Assembly (NCBI GenBank): GCA_964016885.1
Contig: OZ024741.1
Coordinates: forward strand, 295,306,001 to 295,370,000
Reading direction: 5' to 3'
Source of the DNA: Eledone cirrhosa
Lineage: Eukaryota
Length of the DNA: 64,000 bases
In this document: one piece after another, positions 13,229 to 26,029 of the stretch
Numbering within the stretch: the first letter of the stretch is position 1
Layout: the number at the start of each line of letters is the position of its first letter
Position numbers and translations under genes: made by a program
Notes under the pieces: generated by a model
What the model saw: only the letters and a program-made list of their open reading frames with translations
The model's database searches: none
What the model was told of the DNA's origin: nothing

Positions 13229-14247
13229 CACATACATATTCATGTATATATTTGTGCATATATATATATATAATGTGTGTCTGTGGTGTGTTTATGTATA
13301 CAATATATATATATATATACCTACATAAAAATGCCCTGAACTTTACTTCATCAACTCACTTCAGTATTGAATTATCTTTTCATCTTTCTTCGATCTTTAT
13401 CAATATAGATATAACTGTTGATCCATAACATAATGTGCTTTATATAATTATGTCTGGTGTTACTGATGTTGATATGGTATCTACTCTGTTGCTTCTTACT
13501 ATAGAAGCTTCTCTATCCTTTGAATAAATCATCTAATGTTTGATCCATAGATTCTCAACAGGAACTGATATTTTTACCTCTTCTCATGCACTTTCATAAA
13601 CACACACAGGCAGGCATGCATCCCCCCCCCCACACACACACACACACATATCCACTTTCTTCTAAAGAGCAAACCTCACTTCTCTTATTTTTGCTGACAT
13701 TTTCACTTATTATTATTACTGATGAAAGAAAACCCTTTTTTCTTATATAAGTTTGATGTTAATAAATTTGCATCTTTGAAATTATTTCTAATGTTCACAT
13801 AGTTGGAGCTGTTTCAAGGAGAATGGGAAATAAAATGTGGACAAACTATTGAGTTAATTTGACATTCAACTATCCTAACCCTTTCCTGATCATATTCCCA
13901 CTGCAAAATAATCAAGTATTATCAGAATTAAATATCTTATCCAATCAAATCTAGGACCTTCTCACTCCTGTTGGGGAAGCCCCACCTGGATGATGTCCAC
14001 CATTTCTGTTTGGTTTTGGTCAAGTCAGGAGTGTACCTCGACTCATCCTGCTTGGCTAATTGTAGGTTGATGATGTTATTTAACTCGTAGCTTGGGTGGA
14101 TGGCTGTTGACTCTGAGGAGTTCATCTGCCCTTTAATAGTTCTTGCTTTTTTTGCTGATGGGGTTCCATCAGGTTGTACTGGGTTACATTGTACCCAGGT
14201 ATTGGACATGGGACAAAATGCCTGGCATTATTTAGTTGTGGATTGGC

Positions 14248-14600
14248 AGGGGTGGATTGGCAGTATCAGTAGAGGGTCGGACGCCATGCTTTCCAACATA
14301 GTTACGTCCCTTTACGATCTGAGTTCAAATCCCGCCGAGGTTGACTTTGCCTTTCATCCTTACGGGGTCAATAAAATAAAGTACCAGTAATGCACTGGGT
14401 AATTGCTGGCCTTGTGTCTAAAGTAGAAACAATTATTTAGTTGTGGCTCTTTACATTTTGAGTTCAAATACAACTGAAGTCAACTTTGCCTTTCGTCCTT
14501 CTGGGGTCGATAACAACAAATTCTAGTTTAGTATCAATTTAATTGACTTTTCACTCCTTCCAAATTTCTGGCCTTATGCTTATGCTAGAAACAAGTATTA
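14248..14600 (+). mobile_element. SINE family 2 plus an older diverged partial copy
   Basis: 14248-14435 is a full copy; 14445-14600 repeats gagttcaaat...gcctttcgtccttctggggtcgataa. Confidence 0.75.
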
Positions 14601-15513
14601 ATCTAATCTGGTTTCAGAATATAACTTAAGAAAAGGTTCTTACTTAAAATATGAAATATTCTCTTTTCTTCATAAAAATTTAATCACTGGGCTAATGAGA
14701 AAAACACTTGTTATATTTCTGAGATGCTTAGATTTCATTATCTCAAAAAGTATTTTGGCATCATGAATTTAATGTCTGTAGTATCAACATATCAAATATT
14801 AACTATTATTAAAGAATATCTCTGTCTTAAATAGTTCACTTTAATCCTTATCTAATCACAGCCTGTCACCTTCTCCTCTTCCCCCTCTTTTTCTCCTGTT
14901 GCCTGATATCCCTTGCTCTTCCCTTCTTTTTGTTCACATTTATGGCATTTACAGTCTTTATTTATACTTTCCTATACAGTCAAATCCATCCTTGTTTAAC
15001 CATTCTCCCTTTTTTTTTCATTACTTAATTTTGTTTTTATCATTTTTTCAATATTTCCATCATTGTATAACTTCTTTTTGTAAAATGTAGTAAACATTAA
15101 ATAAAAAGAACTGCAATTGTCCAGCTAAAAAAAAAGATTTGTTATTTGTTTCTTAACTAGACTACACACAAGTCCTCTCCTCAAATTGGGTTCTACAATT
15201 CCCCATGCTCCATAAAATGTTGGGGTTTTTTTTTTCTTTTTCAAAACGTTGCAAGTTTGGATATATTCTTACAATGTTTTGAGGAAAGTCCTTGATTAGA
15301 AGAATTATTTAACTTTAATAATAGTAAACTCTTTTTATACCAAACTATCTGAAACCACCCCTGTTTCTATGATACAAAACTATTGGTTTTAAAATGTTTT
15401 TATTTAAATTCAAAACTTGCATCATAATTTTATATAATAACATCTGTTAAGTTCCAAACACCAGCTTAATAACAAGAAAGTTAAATATAATTTTAAATCC
15501 TACTAAATTCCTG

Positions 15514-15725
15514 ATCTTCTTTGCCCAAATATTGTGGGGGTAAGAGTCCTCAAACACTCCTTCCAGCCTGTCCTATCAGAAGCAACCATCTCCAATTGAT
15601 CCAGCTGGATCCCTGAGCAAAACCAGCCAAGCTCATAGATGTTATCCAACCATCTTGCTCGGGGTCTTCCCCTAGGTCTCCTGCCAGTTGGTTTTGCTCA
15701 TGAAATCTGTCCAGTAATTCTTTCT
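15514..15725 (-). pseudogene. RTE-clade LINE family D 3' end
   Basis: Minus frame reads AKPTGRRPRGRPRARWLDNIYELGW...ASDRTGW; homolog at 62971-63240. Confidence 0.75.
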
Positions 15726-16706
15726 AAATTCTTGATGATTTTAAAATTATTTGAAAATCATAAAGTGTTTTTCATGAGAAATAACGAAAGGGTTAAATAC
15801 AGGGTTTACTAAATATTATTTCCAACAAAGACCAATATTAGATTCCTGACGCTAGTTTTTAATTTGCCGTTTCTATTCTTTATTTTTTCTTTATACTTTC
15901 TTCTCTTTCTCTCAAACCCCTCCTCCATCTTATTTAAAGTTAATCTCACTAACAGTGATAAATAGCTAAAGATTAATCTATAAACAATTTTTTTCATCAA
16001 ATATTCATTATCAAATATTTGTTTTAAAATAAATAAAATGATTGCATTCAGCAAGTCGGAGCAGTATTAATTAAACAAGCTGTAAGCTTTCATTTTCTCC
16101 CATGCAAATATGACAGTTGTTGATAGTGATAGCAGTTGTTTGTTCTTGTCATAATAAATTACATTGTCTGTGAACAGAAGGTTACAAAATGTTTTGTTAT
16201 GTTCCATCGCTGGTCAACATTATCAGTAATTGATTGTATCCTTTTGATTTATACAATTACATGCAAAACTGTTTGGTCGCATCTTAGATTTTGGTTTATG
16301 TGAGCTTTTTTGTTCTGTTTTGTTTTGTTTTTTCATCTTGGTTATCTTTTAAATAATTATTGTCTTGAGATTTATATTAATTACTTGAGAAATGGCATTG
16401 CCTTTAGATTATTTTCTAAATATTCTAAATATTTTATCTCTTCAGTCACTACAGAAGACATGATGAAGTGTTATTGAATATGTTGGCTGTTATCAGCTTA
16501 TCAGCAGTGATGGAAATGAGGTTGGGGTATTGCAAGGGGACAGCTTTGCCTTTTCACTTCTTTTTTTTTTTTTGTGAGTTGGGGTTGGAATTAAAATATC
16601 TTCCCACTCTCCTTCCCAACCTCAGCCTCACAAACCTAGTTTTAAAGGCCATTTCCATCAGTTTATCAGCAGATTGAAAATAAAATAAAATAAATATACT
16701 TTAGAC

Positions 16707-16959
16707 CAGTCATGGGCAACCTGCACCCCACGAAGCTTTCTGAATGGCTCGCCTAAGTCACCTAAGTGAAATCTTTCTGATTTTTTGGCCCCAACTTTTC
16801 AGTCATAATTTATCTTTCTATCATTTTTACGATCAAGGAAAACAATGTGTACGAATTTTGAAGAAATGTGGGCATGACTGTAAATTAGCGCTTGTGGCCC
16901 GCCTGATGATGAGTCATATCTCATGCAGCCCAATTCTCAAAAAAGGTTGCCGATGCCTG
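16707..16959. mobile_element. hAT-type MITE
   Basis: TIRs cagtcatgggcaacc / ggttgccgatgcctg, with an exact 8-bp TSD ctttagac on both sides. Confidence 0.9.
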
Positions 16960-17095
16960 CTTTAGACAAAGCACCATGCTTATTTCTTTTTGGAAGGGAA
17001 GTCATCATCATCATCATCATCTTCGTTTACCGTCCATTTTCCACGCTAGCATGGGTTAAGTGTAACATTTAATTGCTGGTACTCTTTGTATAGAT

Positions 17096-17365
17096 CAAGG
17101 ATTGCCAAACTTTTTAGAACATTGACCCTTGGGTGGTACAAAAATAAATAACTAAAAAATTAAATCAGTAAACAGAATGTAAAATAAATAGACAACAAAG
17201 ATCAATTAGATATATAAATTAGAAACCTGTATAAATAAGTTGTATTTTATTGTATTATTTTATGAGTTTTCATTTCTTATACAAACATCTGGTGTTTTGG
17301 CTGCAAAATTCAACCTAGTGCCATCAAACCCAGGCAGTCAATACTAACCACTTTAGGAATCCCTG
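17096..17365. mobile_element. Degraded hAT-type MITE
   Basis: caaggattgccaaa / tttaggaatccctg ends; imperfect TSD gtatagat/ataaagat. Confidence 0.5.
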
Positions 17366-18785
17366 ATAAAGATACTCATGAATGCAGCTTGACCAAATGA
17401 TTAAGAACTTCATTTCACAATCATGAGTTTCTGGGTTTGGTCCTGCTGTGTTGCATCTTGGGCAGGTGTCATTTATGATTGGCCCTGATTGATCCAAGTC
17501 CGGTGAGTAAAATTGGTTGATGAAGACTGTCAGATGGATTGTTCAAAGGCCCTGTGTTATGTATTGTTGAATCTCCCTGAGAATTACATTAAGATTTCAT
17601 GAGAGAGAGAGACTATATCAACATTATTGACAGTGATCTTGAAACATTTTTGTAAACAAAACCCAACCATTCTCCTGGGTGGTTGATGGTTAGGTAACAG
17701 AAAGTCCAATGGGTACTATTAACCTCCTGTAGATTTCACAAATCTATAGAAGTTTTCACATTTTCTTTATATTTCATTTTATTATTTTCATGTTGAAATT
17801 CTCAAACACAGGATATGGTACCCAAGGCAACTGCCAAAATTATTCATAACTTCAGCTGGCCCTGTATACAATATTAATACTCTACAGTATTTTTCATGAA
17901 TCTGCTTAAAAATACATACACCATATTTCTGTATGTTGTAGGAGGTGACTAAAAATTGGTTGTGCCAAGAAGGGCATCTGGCTGTCAAAATGACCCGTTA
18001 GGGCCTGCAATGCTAACTCCTAATCTAAATGGTTCAAAAACACTTAAAGATGAGAGTATTTTTGTAATAATTAAACTTAATATGTTTTGTTAAATTCTAG
18101 AACAGTCTTCAAATGTCATTTGTGTTTTCTAAACTTGAGTAATTATGCAATGAGGCTGCACTAATTGTTGACTAATTCTATTAGATATTTAGTTTTTTTT
18201 TCTGGTACATTAATATAATTGAATTTGTGTTTTGAAACAACATCAGAATGAAAGCAACAGTGCACCATCATATTAATCATTTCATCCTGATATCACATTC
18301 ATTGAATCATCATAAATGATTAGTTTAGATATATGCTACAAGCTACAAGAAGGATACAGCCAATTTATCGCCAGTTATAAAACATGTTACATTAATTTCT
18401 AGAAATCAAACCTTACTGCTTCTGCTCCATTACCCTACAATATGTTTGTAGAGATAAGATAGGATTATATTTGGAGTCTCTAATTATATATTACATAATG
18501 TGTTGCTTGGTTGGTCAGTTATTTATTTATTTGGTTGGTTGGCTGTTTAGTTGATTGGTTGGATGGCTGGTTGGCTGGTCCGATATCAGATGTGACATTT
18601 GACATTGTATAGAAATTTAAAAAAAACGGAATAATAGTTGAAAAAAGTGAATACATACTGAGCAGAGTGGTAAGCAAAGGATTGCCTAAGTAGAAGTTTA
18701 TATACACACGTGTGCACATACATACACATGTAGTTGTCATCTGCTGGGATTACCTGCTATATGATAGGCAACATTCTAGTATATA

Positions 18786-19649
18786 CGAGATGCGTCAGAA
18801 AAGTTCCAGGACTGATGTCACAAAAGATTTATTTCAAACCCAAACTTCACACTAAGTGTTTTCTCCTTCAAAGTAATCCCCCTGAAGTCTAATGCACTTT
18901 TCCATCCTTTTCTGCCACCCTTGCATGCACTCCTGGAAGGATTCTTCCGGGATCCTCTGCAGTTCCATCCTCATCGCCTTTTTGATGTCGTTCACATCTT
19001 CAGAACGGGCCCCCTCCGGGTCGTACTCGAAGATCCATGACTCATCACCGGTGATGACTGTCCCTAGCAAGTCTGGTTCAGTTTCAAGACGCTCGAGGAT
19101 GTCCTGGCACACTTGCATGCGTCGATTCTTCTGGTCATCATCTTCGTGCAAACTTTCTGCATGTCCAAATCTTCAGTGATAATCTTCCAGACGCTGTCCC
19201 GATTCATACCCAGCTCATTTGCCATCAGTCGAACAGTCAGCCGACGATCGCTACGCACCATCTGCCTAACACGCTCATCATTGACCTCAGTCCTGGTTGT
19301 TGAGGCCCTTCTGCTATGGGATCATCTTCCACGTCCTCGCGTCCTTCTTTAACCCTCTTGCACCACTCAAAAACACGTGAGCGTGACATCGTCTCATCTT
19401 CATACACTTGCTGCAGCAGAATTTTGCCCAACCGTACCAGAAACTTCAAGTTTGTTCGTTGCTCTGTGCTCATTGCTTGACGACCTAAAACAGAGGACAT
19501 GTATATAAAATTATGAAGAAAAAAGTTTGATCGCTGCAGAGAGCTAAGATTACAGTTACATACTCCAGGTTGATTACTTTGAAGGAGAAAACTCTTAGTT
19601 TTTGAAATAAATCTTTTGTGACATCAGTCCTGGAACTTTTCTGACACAT
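18786..19649 (-). mobile_element. Internally deleted mariner (Tc1/mariner) transposon
   Basis: Transposase fragments EQRTNLKFLVRLGK, HTH DRRLTVRLMANELG, ITGDESWIFEYDPE and CIRLQGDYFEG; inverted termini of about 90-100 bp (gtcagaaaagttccaggactgatgtcacaaaagatttatttcaaa). Confidence 0.93.
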
Positions 19650-20198
19650 ATATATATATCATCATCATCGTTTAACGTCTATTACCCATGCTAGCATGAG
19701 TTAGACAGGTTGTCCCATTTGAGGAAAGTCAAGTCAGGTGACCATGTCTTGTTTATACAGAACTGATTTTTCTATGGCTTGATGACATTCACAGTGTGTG
19801 CTGGGTGATATTTGTTGTATATATATATATATATATATTCATATATATATATATTCATATATATATATATATATGAATATATATATATATATGAATATAT
19901 ATATATACACAGTTCAAGAGTAACCAATCTTAAAGAGAGAGATGGAGATAGGAGAGGAGAGATTGGTGAATTAGTTAGAATCCAAAGCGTAAAGGCATGT
20001 GCTCAATGTGCAATATGCAGTGGAAAGCAGCTAGGTGGCTGGGTTCATGCAGAGGTTAGGTGCACAGAGCTGGAAATATTCATTAGTTAATCAAAACAAG
20101 ACCACAAATTTCACAAGGAAGACATTATTAAAAGATTGTCAACATATTTTAGTTTGATGTAAGTAATGTAGAGAATAATAATAATAATAATAATGTCC

Positions 20199-20317
20199 GT
20201 TTACAATTGTTTCGCTACTCCATATAATATTTCTGGATCAAATAATTATATATCATTATTGATATGGTTCAGTTGAAAATAATTAACATAGGTAAAGATA
20301 GAGCAGCTCATCGGAAC
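20199..20317 (-). ncRNA. Candidate type I hammerhead ribozyme (family F) with long loop II
   Basis: gtt-CCGATGA-gctgctctat-(~75 nt)-atggagtagc-GAAA-caattg-TA-aac; palindromic stem III ACAATTGT; U4C core variant. Confidence 0.55.
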
Positions 20318-20558
20318 TTCAAAAGGAATATAGATTAAAATAAGGAAAGAATGTTACGTAAATGTAATGTTCCATATATTGGTATTTCACTATGGTGTCC
20401 TGGGTATATCAATTGTCTGCCATAGTCGAGCAGTATTCTTCTGTTGAGGCTGCATTGTGTGAGATCTGCCTATATTCCATTTGAAGTTCCGATGAGCTGC
20501 TCTATCTTTACCTATGTTAATTATTTTCAACTGAACCAGATCAATAATGATATATAAT

Positions 20559-20781
20559 CATTTACAGTGAGTCGTGGGTGCTTTTTTTTCCGTGGCGCCT
20601 ACACGTCCACTTTACAGTGTGGGCTGGGTACTTTTTTTGCCGTGGCACCTCCACGACCACTTTGCAGTGGAATGATATGGACCCTAGTCCCTATCATCTC
20701 ATTTCTACAGCTGAGTAAACTGGAGCAATGTGAAATAAAGTCTCTTGCTCAAGGAAACAACACATCACCCGGTCTGAGAAT

Positions 20782-20782
<1 letters not shown>
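20559..20782 (-). mobile_element. SINE family 1 internal portion
   Basis: Reverse complement of the central part of the 12587 and 49117 copies. Confidence 0.7.
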
Positions 20783-20814
<32 letters not shown>

Positions 20815-20816
<2 letters not shown>

Positions 20817-21292
20817 ATCATCATCATCACCGTTTTACGTCCGTTCTTCCACACTAGCATGGGTTAGATGGGTTGTCCTGTTGTGGGCAATAGCTGGTCA
20901 GCTGACCATACCTTGCTCATACAGGAACTGATTCTGGCTTGATTTCTACAGCTGGATGCCCTTTCTAACACCAATCTCATTTACACTGAGTGCTGGGGGC
21001 TTTTTTCCGTGGCGCCTGCACGTCCACTTTACAGTGTGGGTTGGGTGCATTTTTACCGTGGCACCTCCACGACCACTTTGCAGTGGGAGGGGGTGGGGGC
21101 ATATTGTCTATATGCTTCAGCTTCGGCTTGTACCCATGGAGGGTCGGGTCTACTGTATTACTGCGTCACGCCAGAGGTCACGGTGGTGTGTCATCACCTT
21201 TGAAAGGTGCAATTGGGTAAGGTCGGCTTTTATCGACTTATCCTAGGTCTTCTTCGGCCTCCCCAGGTTTCCATCGACTTCTAGTGCTCTGA
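20815..21292 (-). mobile_element. RTE family B 3' end
   Basis: Reverse complement matches 36400-36880; (CAT)n tail at 20815. Confidence 0.85.
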
Positions 21293-21387
21293 CACATCAC
21301 CCGGTCTGAGATTTGAACTCACAACCTTTTTCGATTGCAAGGCCAATGCTCTAACCACTAAGCCATATATATATTCATATATATATA

Positions 21388-21950
21388 TTTCGTTTCTGAA
21401 TTTGTTTAGCAAGATTCTTTATCTGAAATCGTGTGTTGAAACCGATATTGTTATACTTTGGGAGGGTCATGTTGCCAATAAGAAACACACGCACCAGTTG
21501 CTTTCACTTCAATTTATTATATATTTATAAATTTATAAATTTACAAATCTGCAAATCTATAAATTTCTGGTTGGTTGGTTGGTTCCACAACCAGATAGTT
21601 GTTTATATATAGTCATAGTCCTTTCGTCACACACTCTGTGACCTCTTCAGTGACTGGGGATTCCTTTCTTTGTTTCTGTGCCTTTCCTTTCTTCTGTCCT
21701 ACGCCATTTTGTTTCTGTGTGTGTGTTGTGTGCTCAGTTTGCGCATGCGCCACATCCGGGTGTCTGTGTGTGTTTGTGTTCATTTATCTATTTGTTTATT
21801 TATTTACATGTTGTTGGTTGGTTGTTTGTTGTATGTGTGTGTGTGTTTTCATTTTGTCCTTAATTGTAAGTTGTGATGTTGCTGTTCCACTCATATTTTC
21901 TATTTAATATTGGTTGTAATTCTTTTATGCTTACTGCCTCTGTAATTTGC
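21388..21950 (-). mobile_element. Inverted pseudo-LTR (3' end) of Penelope family 1
   Basis: 21897-21950 is the reverse complement of the ORF end at 23959-24012; near-identical copy at 34815-35287. Confidence 0.88.
21611..21655 (-). ncRNA. Minimal type I hammerhead ribozyme in Penelope pLTR (family A)
   Basis: agtca-CTGAAGA-g-gtcaca-gagtg-tgtgac-GAAA-ggac-TA-tgact: 5-bp stem I, 6-bp stem II, minimal stem III. Confidence 0.85.
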
Positions 21951-24013
21951 AACAGACAAGTCTGGCAGAATGTCGGTTGACAGCCTGCCAAACTACATCC
22001 AGGCAATGCAACCCCACATCACTAACACAAGAGAAGTAACACCACAGGAGCATGAGGATAGAGAAAAAGCCCTCAATGCCCATATGGTGATGTGGACGAA
22101 TATAATGCAGCCCAACAAAAGGACTGCCAACAACTTCCAGGCCTGGAACAATGACGTTGTATGGGCTTCGGAAAGACCATAAAACGGGCTGTGACCCTGT
22201 CGCGGGACCACCAACACGGCCAGTCTGTGGAGCTAACATTGCTAGTAACTACAGACTGTCCTACTTCCTCTCCCTGATCATACGCCCCATCATTGAGATG
22301 TCCCCAGATGTATGTGACAGCACAGAGGACCTCCTCAGCAGAATTGGCGTGAGTAACCGATCTGGGGACCTAACAAACTGCATAATAGGCAGTATGGATG
22401 TTGTGTCCCTGTATCCATCTATTGACGTGGATTTTGCTGTGGAGAAATGCGTAGAAATGATCAGCGAGAGCAAGGTTGAGTTCCGTGGGATTGATACCAG
22501 TGAGCTGGGACTTCTACTTAAGCTTACCCATAGTAATAGTTACCTAGACACTTATGACCTTAGCAACCTGTGCCCTACAAGACCAGCAAGAGGCAGACCA
22601 CCTACCATTACCTCAATGGCCAAGAAAACCCACACAGATAGATGGTACGGGTGGACCAGAGCCATACGGACACCCGAAAACCACGATGAACTGAAGAAAA
22701 TGATTGCACATGCGGTAGGGGCCAGCATAAAATTAACCCTTAAGGAACATATGTTCAAATTTAATGGAAAAACATATGCCCAAGAGGAAGGAGCAGCCAT
22801 TGGTGTTAGCATTGCAGGCGACATAGCTAACTTATTCATGGTATGGTGGGACAGTAGACTTAAACTTAAACTTAAAGAACAATTAGAAGACAGCTTAACC
22901 CTGATAATGTACTCCCGCTACGTAGATGATATAAACATCGTAGTTAAGACACCCCCACTAGCTAACAGTCAGGAACTAGAGAAAAACACAATGGAAAGCA
23001 TCCAGCAAATAGCAAACTCCATCCACCAGAGCATTAGAGTTACTATAGACTACTCAAGTAGACACCCCAACCATCGATTACCTGTACTAGACACAGAGCT
23101 CTGGTTAGATACCATTAACAACCAAAAACAAATCCTCCATTCCCATTATGCCAAACCCATGACTTTCAAACATCTGGTCCACCGAAACTCGGCCATTTCG
23201 GACCATACCAAAATCAACATACTGATTGCGGATTTGATACGGGTGATGAGAAATGTGTCCCGCATGTGCAACCCCGAAGAACTAGAGAGACACATACAAC
23301 ACTTCATCCACCGTATGCAGTTCTCTGGCTACAATCAGAGAGATAGAATCAGAGTGTATAGAGGAGCCAGAACCAAATGGGAAAAAATGGTAAATAATGA
23401 CATAAATGGGACCTGCCCCTTGTATAGGAGCAAATTTTGGAATAGAATAGAAAGAACTAGGAACAAGGCCAATAGAATAAACTCATGGTATGATAGCAAT
23501 AAATACCAGAGTGTAATGTTCATCAATACAACCCCTAGAGGCGAACTAGCCTACAAATTTAGAAGGGCCCTAAATAAACATAAACTCAATATTAAGATAG
23601 TAGAAAGACCAGGTACCTCCGTAAAAACACTTATTAGCAAGACATACCCGTTCCAAAGACCCTCATGTATAGATAAGAAATGTATAACCTGTAAAATAAG
23701 CCCCCATATTAACTGTAAAACTAGAAATGTAGTGTATAGCATAAGATGTACTGAAGGACAATGTAGAAACAAAAATATAGTGTACATAGGTGAGACAGCT
23801 CGTAGTATAGGGGAACGAATAAATGAACACTGGCGAGACCTTCAAGATAATAAAGAATCATCTGTACTCTACCAACATGCTAAGATAGAACACAAGGGTA
23901 AATTAGAGAACATAGAAATAAAAATAGAATCCACACACAGAAAAGATGCAATGTTTAGGCAAATTACAGAGGCAGTAAGCATAAAAGAATTACAACCAAA
24001 ATTAAATAGAAAA
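21951..24013 (+). mobile_element. Penelope-like retroelement family 1 (RT plus GIY-YIG), 5'-truncated
   Basis: TDKSG at 21952, frameshift near 22150, then ORF 22151..24046 with SMDVVSLYPSI, QEEGAAIG, RYVDD, LPVLD and NVVYSIRC...YIGETARSIGERINEH. Confidence 0.95.
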
Positions 24014-25742
24014 AGTAATAGCGCAACTAATCAGAGAGCGAATTGATCTAGATGAAATGCAGTTCGGGTTTGAGTCAGGTAAAAGTACCACAGACGCTCT
24101 TTTCATTGTACGACAACTACAGGAGAAGTACCTAGCTAAAAGTAAACCCCTATACTTAGCTTTTATTGACTTGGAGAAAGCCTTTGACAGAGTCCCCCGC
24201 TCCATTATCTGGTGGGCTCTTAGAAAACTAGGTGTTGATGAATGGCTTGTGAGAGCTATACAAGCCATGTATAAAGAAACAGTCAGCAAGATTAGAATTA
24301 ACAACAAATATAGTGAAGAGTTTAGCGTAAAAGTTGGTGTTCATCAGGGCTCCGTTCTTAGCCCCCTACTATTTATTATTCTCCTTCAGGCTATAACAGA
24401 GGAGTTCAAGACCGGCTGCCCATGAGAACTCCTATACACAGATCTAACGCTCATAGCTGAATCAATGGCTGAACTAGAGAAGAAATTGGAAACATGGAAG
24501 CATGGCCTAGAATCAAAAGGCCTTAAAATTAACCTGTCTAAGACTAAAGATCTAGTTTGTAGGAAGGAAAATAGGGCACCGGTCCCATCTGGAAAATGGC
24601 CATGCTCAGTGTGTAGGAAAGGAGTAGGTAGAAACTCCATTTTATGTCCCAAATGCAAAGTATGGGTGCATGAAAGATGTAGTGGCATCACAGGTAAGCT
24701 AACTAAGAATATAGATTTTGATATGTGGCCAGTGCTCAGGTGCAATAATTAGCAGCAAGTGCCCACAAAATACTAGCTTATTCCATTGCACAGATGGTTC
24801 TATAGAAATAGTGGACACCTTCCGTTACCTGGGTGACAAAATCAGCAGTGGTGGAGGGTGCTCTGAAAGTACAGTAGCTAGAGTCAGAACGAGATGGAAA
24901 AAGTTCAGAGAGCTTATACCACTATTGGCTGTTAAAGGGTTCTCCCTAAAAATGAAAGGCAGGTTGTATGATCCCTGCATACGAACAGCAATGTTACTTG
25001 GCAGTGAGACCTGGGCATTGTGTGCAGAGGATATATGCAGACCGGAGAGGAACGAAGCTTGCATGCTCCGATGGATGTGTAATAGTAATATACATGAATG
25101 GAAAAGCATAATGAACTAAGGGTGAAATTAAGAATAAGAGGAATCACATGTTGTTTACTCGAGAGAAGACTATGTTGGTATGGTCACGTGATGCGCATGG
25201 AAGACGACAGCTGTATAAAAAAGTGCACAGCGATAAAAATAGACGGTAGCCACGGAGTAGGAAGACCCAGAAAAACCTGGGATGACTTGATAAAATCCGA
25301 CCTCACACACTTACACCTCTCCAAGACAATGTCACTGGACCGAGATCTTTGGCGCTACACAGTAATACAGAAGACCCGCCTTGCCTAAGTACAAAGTGAA
25401 ACCTACAGTCAGTAGGCACCTCTTAACAAAAATACACCCCCTGTCCACATCACCCCTTTCGATATAAAGTTATGTTGGTACCACAACATCCAGTCCAAAA
25501 TAAATGAGGTTGTGTCGGTGTCACGACAAAAAAACACACAGTCCACGCTGTAATGTGGCCATGTAGGTAACACGGTAAAAACCTCCCAGTCCACACTGTA
25601 AACGTGGTTGGTGTTAGGAAGGGCATCCAGCCGTAGAAAACCCGCCAGACAGTCCTATACGAGGAAGACAACCAAGTGGGAAAATTCCCGTCCAAACCCA
25701 TGCAAGCGTGGAAGATGGACGTTAAACGATGATGATGATGAT

Positions 25743-25745
<3 letters not shown>
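24009..25745 (+). mobile_element. RTE family A, 5'-truncated pseudogenised copy
   Basis: QFGF, FIDLEKAFD, GVHQGSVLSPLLF, PHD and FRYLG motifs broken by stops and frameshifts; 3'UTR and (GAT)n tail. Confidence 0.93.
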
Positions 25746-25769
<24 letters not shown>

Positions 25770-25774
<5 letters not shown>

Positions 25775-25990
25775 ATATTAAAAAATGGAAACTATATTTA
25801 TAAAACCATATTTATTTCATTATACATATTTTAAGGGCCACCAAGGCAAACTATGGTGCGCTTTCATCAGATAAAATATAATATAGGTTAGTTTTATTAA
25901 TAAATATTGACATACCCTGAAAAAATGCAACCATTCTGGTTGGAATCTCCTGGATAGTGGAGTTAGATTTATTGTTGGTTTATTATGCAA
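25770..25990 (-). mobile_element. Hammerhead-bearing repeat family D (core G12 mutated)
   Basis: Minus 25814-25877: attttat-CTGATGA-stem II-AAAA-tatgta-TA-atgaaat. Confidence 0.7.
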
Positions 25991-26029
25991 ATTAGTGTCG
26001 GAAAGGTTTAAATAACAGTATATTTAAAT

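Noticed and set aside
13937-14209. 90-aa minus-strand ORF as a host exon
   Set aside because: No recognisable motif or convincing splice pair; left unassigned.
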